50,567 nt of DNA. Origin: Verrucomicrobiales bacterium (lineage in GTDB: Bacteria > Verrucomicrobiota > Verrucomicrobiia > Verrucomicrobiales > DEV007). The DNA lies in the NCBI GenBank assembly GCA_040263955.1, contig JBDQJG010000001.1, positions 1 to 50,567 of the forward strand, written 5' to 3'. How positions within the stretch are numbered: the stretch's first letter is position 1; each line of letters starts with the position of its first letter. This document shows positions 1 to 9,248 of the stretch, one piece after another. Position numbers and translations under genes: made by a program. Under the pieces are notes generated by a model. It had not been told where the DNA came from, did no database searches, and saw nothing but the letters and a program-made list of their open reading frames with translations.

Positions 1-738
1 ATGCCCCCTGGGGCCGGGGCTTACTGGCGGGGCGACGGAAATATTAAGCCCCTCCTCGACCCACCTGCTGACCTCCCTGCTCCACTCGCCGCAAGCCCGG
101 GCATAGTTCTGCCAGGCGGCCTTGCCGGTGGGTGTGTCGATGAGCTGGGCATCGACCTGCGCGGAGAGAGCAGCAAGCTCGGGGTGCTTGCGAAAGCCCA
201 CCGGAGGCGTCCATGGCTCGACGCGGGTGCCGCCCCAGTTGGTACCCACAAGGCCGATGGGCACGCCACTTTGCTGCAGCAGTTCCCGGCCGAATGAGTA
301 GCCCACGGCACTGAAACCCGGCGCCGAGCGGGGACTGCAAGGCTGCCACGAGCTCGGTTGTTGCAGGCGTTGTTGCGGGCTGCTTGCAGTGGTATGGCCC
401 TGCACGTTGAACAGCCTGATAAGGGGGTGATCAGCCCCGGCGATTTCGGCTCCCGAGTTGTGTGACTGCTTGACCGACCACTCCATATTGGACTGGCCGG
501 AACAGATCCAGACGTCACCGATGAGAACGTCCTGATACTTGAATGTTCCACCGGTGGCATTGCTGATGATCATTTCCTGCCCGGTGGTATTGGCGGACAG
601 CGGACTCAGCTTGACCTGCCAACGCCCGCGCTTGTCGGCGGTGGCTTGGTGCTGTTGGCCGGCGAAGCTGACGGTCAATTCAGTGCCGGGCTCGTCCCAT
701 CCCCAGCCGGGAGTCGGAAGGTCGCGCTGAAGGACCAT
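1..738 (-). CDS. Sialate O-acetylesterase-like (SGNH/DUF303) hydrolase. Partial: runs off the window start and is absent from the supplied ORF track because it has no stop in the window. The usual N-terminal signal region is missing.
   Basis: The minus frame is open for all 246 codons from 738 to 1 (no tta/cta/tca triplets in + frame 1). Translation: MVLQRDLPTPGWGWDEPGTELTVSFAGQ...IGDVWICSGQSNMEW...GTNWGGTRVEPW. HMVLQR and GQSNM are family hallmarks. An in-frame stop lies upstream at 787-789. Confidence 0.7.
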   Translation of the reverse strand, partial: MVLQRDLPTPGWGWDEPGTELTVSFAGQQHQATADKRGRWQVKLSPLSANTTGQEMIISNATGGTFKYQDVLIGDVWICSGQSNMEWSVKQSHNSGAEIAGADHPLIRLFNVQGHTTASSPQQRLQQPSSWQPCSPRSAPGFSAVGYSFGRELLQQSGVPIGLVGTNWGGTRVEPWTPPVGFRKHPELAALSAQVDAQLIDTPTGKAAWQNYARACGEWSREVSRWVEEGLNISVAPPVSPGPRGH

Positions 739-1414
739 GTGACTGCAGCCCCTCGGACTCTGCCGCCAATGCCGCGCCACAGCCGATCATGCCGCCGCCG
801 ACAATCACGACATCAAACTCGAGATTCTGCGTCTGCTCCGGCGTGCGCCCTGCCAGCGCGTCCTTCCATCGAAGCAGCTCCACCCGTTCATTCGGTGGGA
901 TATCGCCAGCATCCCGTGTGAAGTAAATCGCATCACAGCGGCCGTCGAAACCGGAGAGGTCCTCCAGTTTGATCGTCGCTTCACCGGCAGACACTTCCAA
1001 TTCACCGCCGTTCTCCCAGCCCCAACCCTCTCCACTTTCGCCGAAGGTCTTGTCTATCGGCTGCCCGTTAACATGCACGCAAAAACGGCCCGGCGACTGC
1101 CAGTCTCCCGGACACCAATCCTTGGCGCGCACCCATACCCGGTAGGTGCCGGCCTCGGCAAAGTTCGCCGTGGTGCGCGCATTCTCCACCGGCACGCCCA
1201 GACCGTGTGCCAACAGGTAGATGCCTCCCATCTGATCGATAAAATGCGTATCGCGCGTCCCACCGCCCATCTCGGCAAACGCCTCGCACTCGACCAGCAC
1301 ACCGCGTGATGTGGTCTGGATGGCCAGGGCGCACTCGAGTTCGGCAAAGGTGGCGAAGGCGAAGGTCGTGCCACCAACCCTCCGCAGAAATGTTCGTCGT
1401 GAAACGAAGGACAT
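680..1414 (-). pseudogene. FAD-dependent oxidoreductase, N-terminal fragment only: Tat-type signal, beta-sandwich-like domain and dinucleotide-binding motif, then premature termination.
   Basis: The signal MSFVSRRTFLRR matches a twin-arginine motif. FDVVIVGGGMIGCGAALAA is a GxGxxG Rossmann start. Sense is lost right after it (ESEGLQSHGPSARPSDSRLGMGRARH, then stop). The 3' end overlaps the esterase ORF in another frame. Confidence 0.5.
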
Positions 1415-1576
1415 TGATGTTTTCTTTGAGATAGCAGAGAGTTCCGCGGGCGACGCCTGGCGTCTTTCATGATACTGCCAATATACGCACAGGGCCGCAA
1501 CGCATTGAGGACACGACCCGCGAGCGTTCTGCTCCCGAGGATCCCTGCAAACCCATACCGCCGGCGGGCAACGTGG

Positions 1577-4500
1577 CTACTTCAAGCTGAGCAGATAACT
1601 CAACAGGTCCGCTACCTGGCTCTCGTCGAAGCCGTCGAGCAGTCCCTCCGGCATGATGCTCTGCCTGGAGACCCGGTGTCCCCTGATCTGCCGACGCGGG
1701 ATCACCCGGTCATCAGCCCCGATCTGGCGCAGGGTAAGGTGCTGACCGGTCTCTTCCACCAGGAAACCGCTTAACAATGCCCCATCCTCGAGGACCAGAT
1801 CGTGGCGGTAGTAGCCACTCTCCAACTGCTCACCCGGTTCGAGGATATTCCTCAAGAGAGCTTCGACACCCATCGCACCTGCCCCACTGAGGTCAGGCCC
1901 GACACGCATGCCCTGATCGTTGACCTGGTGGCAGATCAGGCAGCTCATGGTCGCCAGCAGCTTGCCTTTTTCCGGATCACCGGGTGCCTGCGCCAACTTG
2001 CGATACCGCTCGAATTTCTCTGCCCGTGCTCGCGACTCGGCAGGCGTTCGCAGGCGGGGAATGTCGGTGGTCCACACCACCCGGGTCTCACCCTGCACTT
2101 GCAGATCAGGCTGACCACCATGCACCAGAAGCCGCAAACCGCGCGGAACATCCACCAGCTCCGCGAAACTGGTTCCATGGTCGGCGCGGATCTCGTCCGC
2201 GCTGCGGGCGTGATCCCATACCCTGACCTCCGCGAGGTCAGCCGCACTGCCATGCACGGCACTCGACTCGCCGACGTTGAGTCCCTGCAACGGGCCGGTA
2301 AATACCTTGCTCCTGTCCTGATCAAGTTCGCCGTCAATGTAGAGAACAAAGCGCCCCTGTTCATCACGGGTCACGGCATAGTGCGTCCAACGCTCCGCTT
2401 CGGCCCGGCGCCTGGCCACGATCACGTCCCCATGGCCGGAGCCGGCATGGACCCGGAACGTCGCTGCGAAGAAGTTGAAGTCGGCACCACCCCTGCGCCC
2501 GAGCAGACTGTCGGCATTGCCGATATTCGGCGCGAGGCGCACCCATGCCTCCACCGTGAAGGGGCCCTCAAGATCGATCGCGGTGGCCACATGATCCGAA
2601 TCCCCGCCGGCCAGGCGAATCACCGGGCGTGCCGCGGAGGCCGGGCTGCGCAGAAGTTTGGCCACCGCCGGATGATCCGCACCGGGGGTCATCAATAACC
2701 GCTCCATGGCTGCGGAACCAAAACCTGCGAAGCCGCCCTCCGCGGCCATCCCAGCAAACGCAATCGCCGACTCCTCACGACGCAGCAAGCCGTCGAGAGC
2801 GAGTTGACGGATCACTCCGGGAAGCTTTTGCCAACGCCGCCCGATCTCCGAGACCGCATCCGCACCTCCAACCGCAGCGAACCCGATCATCGCTTCGCGG
2901 GCCACTGCTGCATCACCGCTGTCGAGATACGCCCTGTAGAGCTCGGCATCCAGATGACCGATCTCGGTAAGGGCGCGCAACCCGTCGGCAACCCCAACCT
3001 GCCCTCGGTTCAATCCGGCGGTGATCATCGGGGCGAGTTCAGTAAGCCGGAAATGCCGCGCCAACGAAAGCACAAGCGCATCACACTCCCCGGATTGGGA
3101 GTCACTCAGCAACCGGGCGGCGTCGAGCACGACAGCACGCAGGGCCGGCTCTGCAGCAAGACTGACATCGAACTGCAAGAGGGACCCGAGCAGGCCGGAG
3201 CGCCTCTCTGCATCGCTGAGGATACGCCGGAAGGCCTCCGCCACCGCGGGTTGCTTGAGCTGACTGCCAAGCAGTTCCAGCTCCTGCTGCGAGAGCGGGC
3301 GCTCAATCTCCGCAACCGCCTCGAGCAACAGCGGCGCGGCCACGGAAGGCTCGAGACCGGTCGCCAGCAGGATGCGCTGCTCAGCCTCCATTTCCCGACC
3401 CTGCTCGAGGGCCACGGCCGTGGCCTCCGGGTGGGTTTCCAGCGCCCAACGAACCAGGTAGCGCTGAAATTGCCGCTCGAAAATTGCTCTCCTGTCACTG
3501 CCGTCCTCGGCCGCCGGCTGGATCTGCCCGACCAACCCCGCGACCATGGCCGGAGTCACCTGCGGAAGTCGACGCAGGGTGGTTGCCGCGGCGCAGCGGA
3601 CACGGAAATTCAGCTCTCCGGGGTCGAGCATTCGCAGGTAGCTCTGTTCATCGATCGCGGCAAGTTCGCCAGCGGCCCGGATCGCCTCGAAGCGCAGCTG
3701 CGGATCGGCATCCCTGGACCAGCGCACCAGCATTTCAGTATCCAGCATCTGCATCTCCTCAATGGCCCGCAGCGCATCCAGCCGCCGCGCCTGGGTGGTC
3801 TCCGGGTCATCAACCAGCTCCCGCAGCTGCGGGACCACAGCCGTGTGCTTGCGATCACCCAGTTCCATCCACGCAGCCCTCGCCAGGCGCGCGTTCGGGC
3901 CGCCAAGGTAGGTAATCACCGCACTCGACTCGAGTTGTGTCATGTCGACGCGCGCCGGGCGCGGGACATCCACCGGCCGAATCCTCCAGATGCGTCCCCG
4001 CGTCTTGTCCCGGTCGGGATGAGCCCGCGGCACCTCGTTGTGCGAAATGATTCTGTTGTACCAGTCGACGACGTAGAGCGCGCCATCCGGCCCGAAATGG
4101 ATTGCCACCGGCCGAAACCATGTGTCCTCGGAGACAAGAAAATCATCCTGCTTCTCGTAGATGGGAGTGCCCCCCTCGTCACGATGCATCGTCACCACCT
4201 GGATGCGGTTGGTAATCGGGTTGGCGATGTAAAACACGTGTTTGCCAGCGAAGCCGCTGGCAAACAGGCTGCCCTCGTCCTCTGCGATCGCCAAGCCGCT
4301 CAACCCGGTGCCGCCCATCTGCGAACCCTCGAGCGAGGGCGGAATCTGCGGTGCATACGGCCGCAGGCGGTCCTTGGCACCCGTCTTGTAATGCATGCCG
4401 GGCAGAAATTCCGCTACCGGGATACCAAGATCATTCGCCTCCTGGATGAACACCTCTCCATTGCGCGCCGCAGCCATACCCCAGATGTTGTTGGGTCCCT

Positions 4501-5797
4501 GTGTGAGCAGTTCAAATGCCGAGCCGTCGGGTCGGAAACGCGCCAGCTTGCATTGGTTGAAGGCCACTTGCTTTCTGCCGTCGGCAAAGGGCAGTCCTCC
4601 CGGGCGGCGCACTGTGGATGAGTTGAACAAGCCCTGGGCGACGTAGACCCAACCCGACGGAGCCCGATCGAACTGGTGGGGAAGCAGGTGAGAATCCTGA
4701 ATGCCGAAGCCTTCCAGAATCACGCGGTGGCCGTCAGCCTTACCGTCGCCATCGGAGTCCTCGTATAAGCGGATCTCGCTGCCATGCTGTACCAGCGCCC
4801 CGTTCCCATACGGCAGAAGCCCCAGCGGGATCGCCAATCCATCGGCGAAAACACGCGGTCGCTGCGGTCCGGCCGCATTCGGTTCGTCAAAGACAAGGAC
4901 ACTGTCGCGCCCACCCTCACGGTAAAGGGCTTCCGCCTGCGCCCGGCTCTCGTTGGCGTCGACTGGATACTCGAGTGCAGTCATGGTCCACATCCTGCCC
5001 GCCGTATCCCAGGCAACAGTGATCGGCTTGCCGACCCCGTGCTCCTCCGAGGCCACCAGTTCCACCTCGAACCCTTCGGGCACGGTGAAAAAAGACCGCG
5101 CCCGATCCGCCGACTGAGGCCCCTGCGGCGGCCACTGTTTCGCTCCGGGCGTGGCGGGCAGCTCCTCGATCGTAATATCCTTGAACTGCACGAGAAATTT
5201 CCCGCCTCCATGAGCCTGCAAGCCGATCTTCCCCTCCAGCGGGATATCCGGGTTCTGCTCGGTGAAATCGACAGCCGGAACGCCATTGATCCAGCTGCGG
5301 ATGCGCGGTCCCTCGCAACGGATCACGCAGGCATTCCAGTCCCAGTCGTGCACCGCCCCGGCCAGGGCCTCCGGATCGACCGGGCCGGCAATCACCTTGT
5401 TTCTGCGTGACTCATCATAGAGCTTTCCCCACCAACCAATGCCGGCGTCCACCTGGTAACCGGACATTTCATGCGCCTTCTTACCGCCCACCCGAATGCT
5501 GCGCACCTGGATGCCCGAGTTCATGAATCCGGCGCCCTTGACGAGGCGGACACGGAACCGCAATTCAAAGTTCGCGTAGCGCTCCCGCGACACCAGGAAG
5601 GTGTTGTGCGGCACCTTGGTTTCCAGCGAGCCCCCCGTCAGGGCGCCATCGCGGATACTCCACCACGCCTCCTCACCGGCGCGAACTTCCCAGCCCTCGA
5701 GGCTCTTGCCATCGAACAGAGATACCGGCGTGGCGGCCTGTGCTGCCAGCGCGGCGAGTGCGCCGCATGCTGTCAGAAGAGAAACGCGTATCTTCAC
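1577..5797 (-). CDS. Secreted PVC-type multidomain protein (1406 aa): DUF1080, membrane-bound dehydrogenase-like beta-propeller, HEAT-like repeats, LamG/ConA-like domain and C-terminal CxxCH heme-binding domain.
   Basis: GTG start followed by the signal peptide MKIRVSLLTACGALAALAAQA. LFDGKSLEGWEV is a DUF1080 start. FTVPEGFEVELVASEE is typical of the Pirellula/Verrucomicrobium dehydrogenase domain. A LamG-like block reads FTVEAWVRL...LYIDGEL. CLICHQ plus SIMPEGLL lie at the C-terminus. Confidence 0.85.
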   Translation of the reverse strand: MKIRVSLLTACGALAALAAQAATPVSLFDGKSLEGWEVRAGEEAWWSIRDGALTGGSLETKVPHNTFLVSRERYANFELRFRVRLVKGAGFMNSGIQVRSIRVGGKKAHEMSGYQVDAGIGWWGKLYDESRRNKVIAGPVDPEALAGAVHDWDWNACVIRCEGPRIRSWINGVPAVDFTEQNPDIPLEGKIGLQAHGGGKFLVQFKDITIEELPATPGAKQWPPQGPQSADRARSFFTVPEGFEVELVASEEHGVGKPITVAWDTAGRMWTMTALEYPVDANESRAQAEALYREGGRDSVLVFDEPNAAGPQRPRVFADGLAIPLGLLPYGNGALVQHGSEIRLYEDSDGDGKADGHRVILEGFGIQDSHLLPHQFDRAPSGWVYVAQGLFNSSTVRRPGGLPFADGRKQVAFNQCKLARFRPDGSAFELLTQGPNNIWGMAAARNGEVFIQEANDLGIPVAEFLPGMHYKTGAKDRLRPYAPQIPPSLEGSQMGGTGLSGLAIAEDEGSLFASGFAGKHVFYIANPITNRIQVVTMHRDEGGTPIYEKQDDFLVSEDTWFRPVAIHFGPDGALYVVDWYNRIISHNEVPRAHPDRDKTRGRIWRIRPVDVPRPARVDMTQLESSAVITYLGGPNARLARAAWMELGDRKHTAVVPQLRELVDDPETTQARRLDALRAIEEMQMLDTEMLVRWSRDADPQLRFEAIRAAGELAAIDEQSYLRMLDPGELNFRVRCAAATTLRRLPQVTPAMVAGLVGQIQPAAEDGSDRRAIFERQFQRYLVRWALETHPEATAVALEQGREMEAEQRILLATGLEPSVAAPLLLEAVAEIERPLSQQELELLGSQLKQPAVAEAFRRILSDAERRSGLLGSLLQFDVSLAAEPALRAVVLDAARLLSDSQSGECDALVLSLARHFRLTELAPMITAGLNRGQVGVADGLRALTEIGHLDAELYRAYLDSGDAAVAREAMIGFAAVGGADAVSEIGRRWQKLPGVIRQLALDGLLRREESAIAFAGMAAEGGFAGFGSAAMERLLMTPGADHPAVAKLLRSPASAARPVIRLAGGDSDHVATAIDLEGPFTVEAWVRLAPNIGNADSLLGRRGGADFNFFAATFRVHAGSGHGDVIVARRRAEAERWTHYAVTRDEQGRFVLYIDGELDQDRSKVFTGPLQGLNVGESSAVHGSAADLAEVRVWDHARSADEIRADHGTSFAELVDVPRGLRLLVHGGQPDLQVQGETRVVWTTDIPRLRTPAESRARAEKFERYRKLAQAPGDPEKGKLLATMSCLICHQVNDQGMRVGPDLSGAGAMGVEALLRNILEPGEQLESGYYRHDLVLEDGALLSGFLVEETGQHLTLRQIGADDRVIPRRQIRGHRVSRQSIMPEGLLDGFDESQVADLLSYLLSLK

Positions 5798-6117
5798 GAT
5801 GCTTCCCGTTGCACTTCGAAATCGAACACCACCACCCGCTTGAGGCGCGGCACCACGATCTCCTTGACGCGCTCATGCTCCGGATGCGGCAAATAGGCAT
5901 CGCGACTTTCCGGCGAGTCGAAGGTCATGATGAAGCCGTGGGTAAAGTCCTCATTCAACCCTTCCTCACTCTGGTAAGGGCCGTGCTCCATCCCCTGCAG
6001 GCCGGGGATCTTCCCCACCATGCTCTGCATCTCCCGGAAGCACTCGTCGATCTGCTCGCCGGTCACATCCTCGTTGAATTCGAATACTCCGAAATGTCTG
6101 ATCATGGTTTCTGGCAC
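5794..6117 (-). CDS. Dabb-family stress-responsive A/B-barrel protein.
   Basis: 107 aa. IRHFGVFEFNEDVT...HGFIMTFDSPESRDAYLPHPEH is the typical Dabb pattern. Its TGA stop overlaps the GTG start of the downstream giant gene (GTGA at 5797-5794). Confidence 0.75.
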   Translation of the reverse strand: MPETMIRHFGVFEFNEDVTGEQIDECFREMQSMVGKIPGLQGMEHGPYQSEEGLNEDFTHGFIMTFDSPESRDAYLPHPEHERVKEIVVPRLKRVVVFDFEVQREAS

Positions 6118-6119
6118 GT

Positions 6120-7340
6120 TTACGTAATTGGTTTTTCTGTCGTGGATCGCATCAATTCGAGAAGTTTCTCCGCACAGGCGCGTGCGAATGCCGGACTGTT
6201 GATTTCTTCATCGTATTCGTTCACTTCCACTCTGGCGTGCTCCCGGATGGCACCGAAGAGGGCCGCATCGGCGGCGGGGTCGTGAAAAGGCTGCCCCGGT
6301 GCACTGATCACGCTGATCGCTTTTTTCGGGACCATGATGGCCGCCGGCGCCGGATTGGCATTCGCCTTCTGCGCCACGATCCTGCCCAGTTGCGCACACT
6401 CCCGCGCATTGGTCCGCATCAATGTCACCTGCGGGTTATGGACGTAGAAAGTGCGTCCCTCGAATTCCGCCGGCACCGTGGCCCGCTCACCGTAGTTGGC
6501 CATGTCGAGACAGCCCGGGGCGACCACCGCCGGAACCTTCGCCCTGGTCATCGCATCCATCCGCTCCGGCCCCGCTGAAAGCGTCGCACCGACAAGTTCG
6601 TCGGCCCACTCGGTGGTGGTCACATCGAGCACCCCGGCGACCATGCCGCTCTCGATGAGGCTCTCCATGGTGCGTCCCCCTGTGCCGGTGGCATGGAAGA
6701 CAAGCACCTCGTATCCCGCCTCCTCGAGGATCTCCCGGGCCGCATCGACCAACTCGGTGGTATTGCCGAACATGCTTGCCACGATCAGGGGCCGCGACCC
6801 GCCGGCATCGACGCTGGCTTCCACCATCCCGCAGATGGCACCCGCCGCCCGCGTGAAAAGCATCCGGGAAATCCGATTCAATCCGGCCACGTCGACAATG
6901 CTCGGCATCATCACGATGTCCTTAGTACCCACGTAGTGAGCAGTGTTACCGCTGGCCAGGGTCGAGACCATCAACTTCGGAAATCCCACTGGCAGGGCCC
7001 GCATGGCAGCCGTTCCGATAGCCGTTCCGCCGCCACCGCCAAGTGAAATGACCCCATCGATCCTGCCCTCGTCGACCAGTTTTGCCAGCATCACCGGAGC
7101 CGCCCCGGACATCGCCACCACGCATGCGCCCCGGTCTCGCCCATCAATGAGCGGCTGCAGGTCGATTCCACCGGCCTGCACCACCTCGAAACGGTTCACG
7201 TCCGGTTCCACCTGCGGTGCCCCGCCGCTACCGACATCGATAAGCAGCACCTCGTGCCCACGTTCGCGGATACGCTCAGCGAGAAATGCGTGCTCTTCCC
7301 CCTTCGAATCGAGAGTTCCCAGGACGGCGATGGTTGGCAT
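6120..7340 (-). CDS. UPF0261 / Tm-1-like ATP-binding protein.
   Basis: 406 aa. The N-terminus MPTIAVLGTLDSKGEEHAFLAERI...LLIDVG is typical of UPF0261. It is adjacent to its usual PEP-hydrolase-like partner. Confidence 0.8.
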   Translation of the reverse strand: MPTIAVLGTLDSKGEEHAFLAERIRERGHEVLLIDVGSGGAPQVEPDVNRFEVVQAGGIDLQPLIDGRDRGACVVAMSGAAPVMLAKLVDEGRIDGVISLGGGGGTAIGTAAMRALPVGFPKLMVSTLASGNTAHYVGTKDIVMMPSIVDVAGLNRISRMLFTRAAGAICGMVEASVDAGGSRPLIVASMFGNTTELVDAAREILEEAGYEVLVFHATGTGGRTMESLIESGMVAGVLDVTTTEWADELVGATLSAGPERMDAMTRAKVPAVVAPGCLDMANYGERATVPAEFEGRTFYVHNPQVTLMRTNARECAQLGRIVAQKANANPAPAAIMVPKKAISVISAPGQPFHDPAADAALFGAIREHARVEVNEYDEEINSPAFARACAEKLLELMRSTTEKPIT

Positions 7341-7380
7341 GATGCGAAGAAACTCGTTTCGTTCAGACTGCGGAATGCGG

Positions 7381-8250
7381 TTACCTCCGCCGCTTCACCG
7401 GGATCGCCTTGAACTGCCGGGTCAAGTCACTCAAGGACTCCTCCACCGCCATGCGTTCCAGGCTGGACGCACCGACGAAACCGACAGCCTCGGTGTGCTC
7501 ATTGATGAAAGCAGCATCCTCGGGCGTGGCAATCGGTCCGCCGTGACTGAGATAGAAAATGTCATCGCGCACGCTCTTGCCGGCATCGATGATCGCCTGG
7601 GTTGCCCGTGCAGCCGCTGCAAGTGACATCGCCGCGCTGGTGACACCGATCGACCCACCGACGGTGCATCCGACGTGCGCTATGATGACATCTGCTCCAG
7701 CAGCAGCCATGTCCCTGGCTTCCTCAGGAGAGGCGACATAGACGATGGAGAAGATGTCCATCTTGCGCGCCAATGCCACCGTCTCCACCTCCTTGTGCAC
7801 ACCCATGCCGGTCTCCTCCAGTTGCTGCCGGAACGCGCCATCAATGATGGAATGGGTGGGAAAGTTATTCATACCCGAGAATCCCATGGCCTGCACCTGC
7901 TGCAGCCAGTGCCACATACGACGACGCGGATCAGTGGCATGAACACCGCAGATCACCGGCACCTCCTCAACAACCGGCAATACTTCGAATTCCCCGATCT
8001 CCATGGCGGTCGCATTGGCATCACCATAACCCATCATTCCGGCAATGGATCCGTGCCCCATCATGCGATAGCGACCCGAGTTGTAAACGATGATCAGGTC
8101 GGCACCGCCTCTCTCGATAAACTTGGCGCTGATGCCCGTGCCCGCTCCCGCCGCGATGACGGCTTCTCCGCGCGCGAGTGTGTCGTGCAGGCGCTCGAGC
8201 ACCTCCTGCCGCGTGTAGGGATTTCCTTTTCCTGTCCAGGGATTCGGCAT
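7381..8250 (-). CDS. Phosphoenolpyruvate-hydrolase-like TIM-barrel protein (Tm-1 C-terminal-like).
   Basis: 289 aa. Motifs: GAGTGISAKFIERGGADLIIVYNSGRYRM and IIAHVGCTVGGSIG. Confidence 0.8.
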   Translation of the reverse strand: MPNPWTGKGNPYTRQEVLERLHDTLARGEAVIAAGAGTGISAKFIERGGADLIIVYNSGRYRMMGHGSIAGMMGYGDANATAMEIGEFEVLPVVEEVPVICGVHATDPRRRMWHWLQQVQAMGFSGMNNFPTHSIIDGAFRQQLEETGMGVHKEVETVALARKMDIFSIVYVASPEEARDMAAAGADVIIAHVGCTVGGSIGVTSAAMSLAAAARATQAIIDAGKSVRDDIFYLSHGGPIATPEDAAFINEHTEAVGFVGASSLERMAVEESLSDLTRQFKAIPVKRRR

Positions 8251-8381
8251 TTTCAGATCTTGTGCTATCCAAATTCCACTCCGTCATACATTTTACATGC
8301 GATCAACAATGATTTTTACACATATACCTATCGTAAATCCACATTTGCACGGATCAATGTACTCAATATGCTGGGCGTTGA
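8251..8381. promoter_or_regulatory. AT-rich divergent promoter region between the Tm-1-like operon and the AraC gene, with an approximately 17-19 nt direct repeat.
   Basis: ACATTTTACATGCGATCAA (8288-8306) and ACATTTGCACGGATCAA (8341-8357) lie about 53 nt apart. No coding potential. Confidence 0.3.
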
Positions 8382-9248
8382 TTGACTGTCCCCTCGAGAG
8401 CCGAACCGTTCTTCCAACGCACGCATGTCGTGCGGGCGAGCTCTACTGATCAGCGCGACTGGCTGCGCAAAGCTCCCGTCTGCACGCTGCTTGCGCAGCA
8501 TCATGTCGCACACACTGGCCTGCTGACCTCCCACAACCCGTTCAAAATCAGCCGTCCTGACCAGTCGGGAACTTTTTTCATGGCCTGTTTCGAGGGGGAG
8601 GGCGAGGTTCTGGTCGATGGTAGATGGAAACCCGTATGTGCCGGGGAAGCCTGCCTGCTTCCGCCCTTTGTGGCCAACGCAGTGCAGGCGCGCCACAATC
8701 ATTCATGGAAATTCTGCTGGGTGCGCTACCTCGAATCGCGGGAAGGCACCCCCATTCTCTCGGCACTCTCGCCGGTATCAGGCCGACTCGATCCGAATCC
8801 GATCCGCCACGCGATCACCGGGCTCCACGCCGAGGCTTGCGGGTCGCACGGCACCGCTGCTCTCTACCATTGGATCGAATTGATTCACCAGTATGTCTTG
8901 AGTTTCGCCCAACCCCACCGGCACGATCAACGACTGTGGCGACTCTGGCGAGCTGTCGAGAGCGCACCAGGCAGGGCGTGGTCCCTGCCAGAGCTGGCAA
9001 GCCTCGCCTGCGTCAGCGAGGAACATCTGCGACGCCTCTGCCACCGTGAACTCGGGCGCAGCCCGATGCAGCATCTGACGTTCCTGCGCATGCAGCGTGC
9101 CCGGCAACTGCTCGCCACCACCGATGCCAAGGTCGAAACCATCGCCCGCAACCTTGGTTACGAGAATCCGTTCAGCTTCTCCAACACCTTCAAAAAATGG
9201 ATCGGCTGGCGGCCCTCCGAACTGAGGTCACCGCGAAACAGCGTTTAA
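8382..9248 (+). CDS. AraC-family transcriptional regulator (cupin-like N-terminal domain plus C-terminal HTH).
   Basis: The C-terminus LRMQRARQLLATTDAKVETIARNLGYENPFSFSNTFKKWIGWRPSE is a classic AraC HTH. It is divergent from the operon at 8250. Confidence 0.8.
   Translation: MTVPSRAEPFFQRTHVVRASSTDQRDWLRKAPVCTLLAQHHVAHTGLLTSHNPFKISRPDQSGTFFMACFEGEGEVLVDGRWKPVCAGEACLLPPFVANAVQARHNHSWKFCWVRYLESREGTPILSALSPVSGRLDPNPIRHAITGLHAEACGSHGTAALYHWIELIHQYVLSFAQPHRHDQRLWRLWRAVESAPGRAWSLPELASLACVSEEHLRRLCHRELGRSPMQHLTFLRMQRARQLLATTDAKVETIARNLGYENPFSFSNTFKKWIGWRPSELRSPRNSV

Noticed and set aside
2804-4621. A 605-aa ORF on the + strand, with many shorter ones, lying inside the 1406-aa gene region.
   Set aside because: It is antisense to a gene with clear domain architecture. 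Its translation is Arg/Pro/Gly-rich with no motifs. This is a typical stop-poor antisense frame in high-GC DNA.
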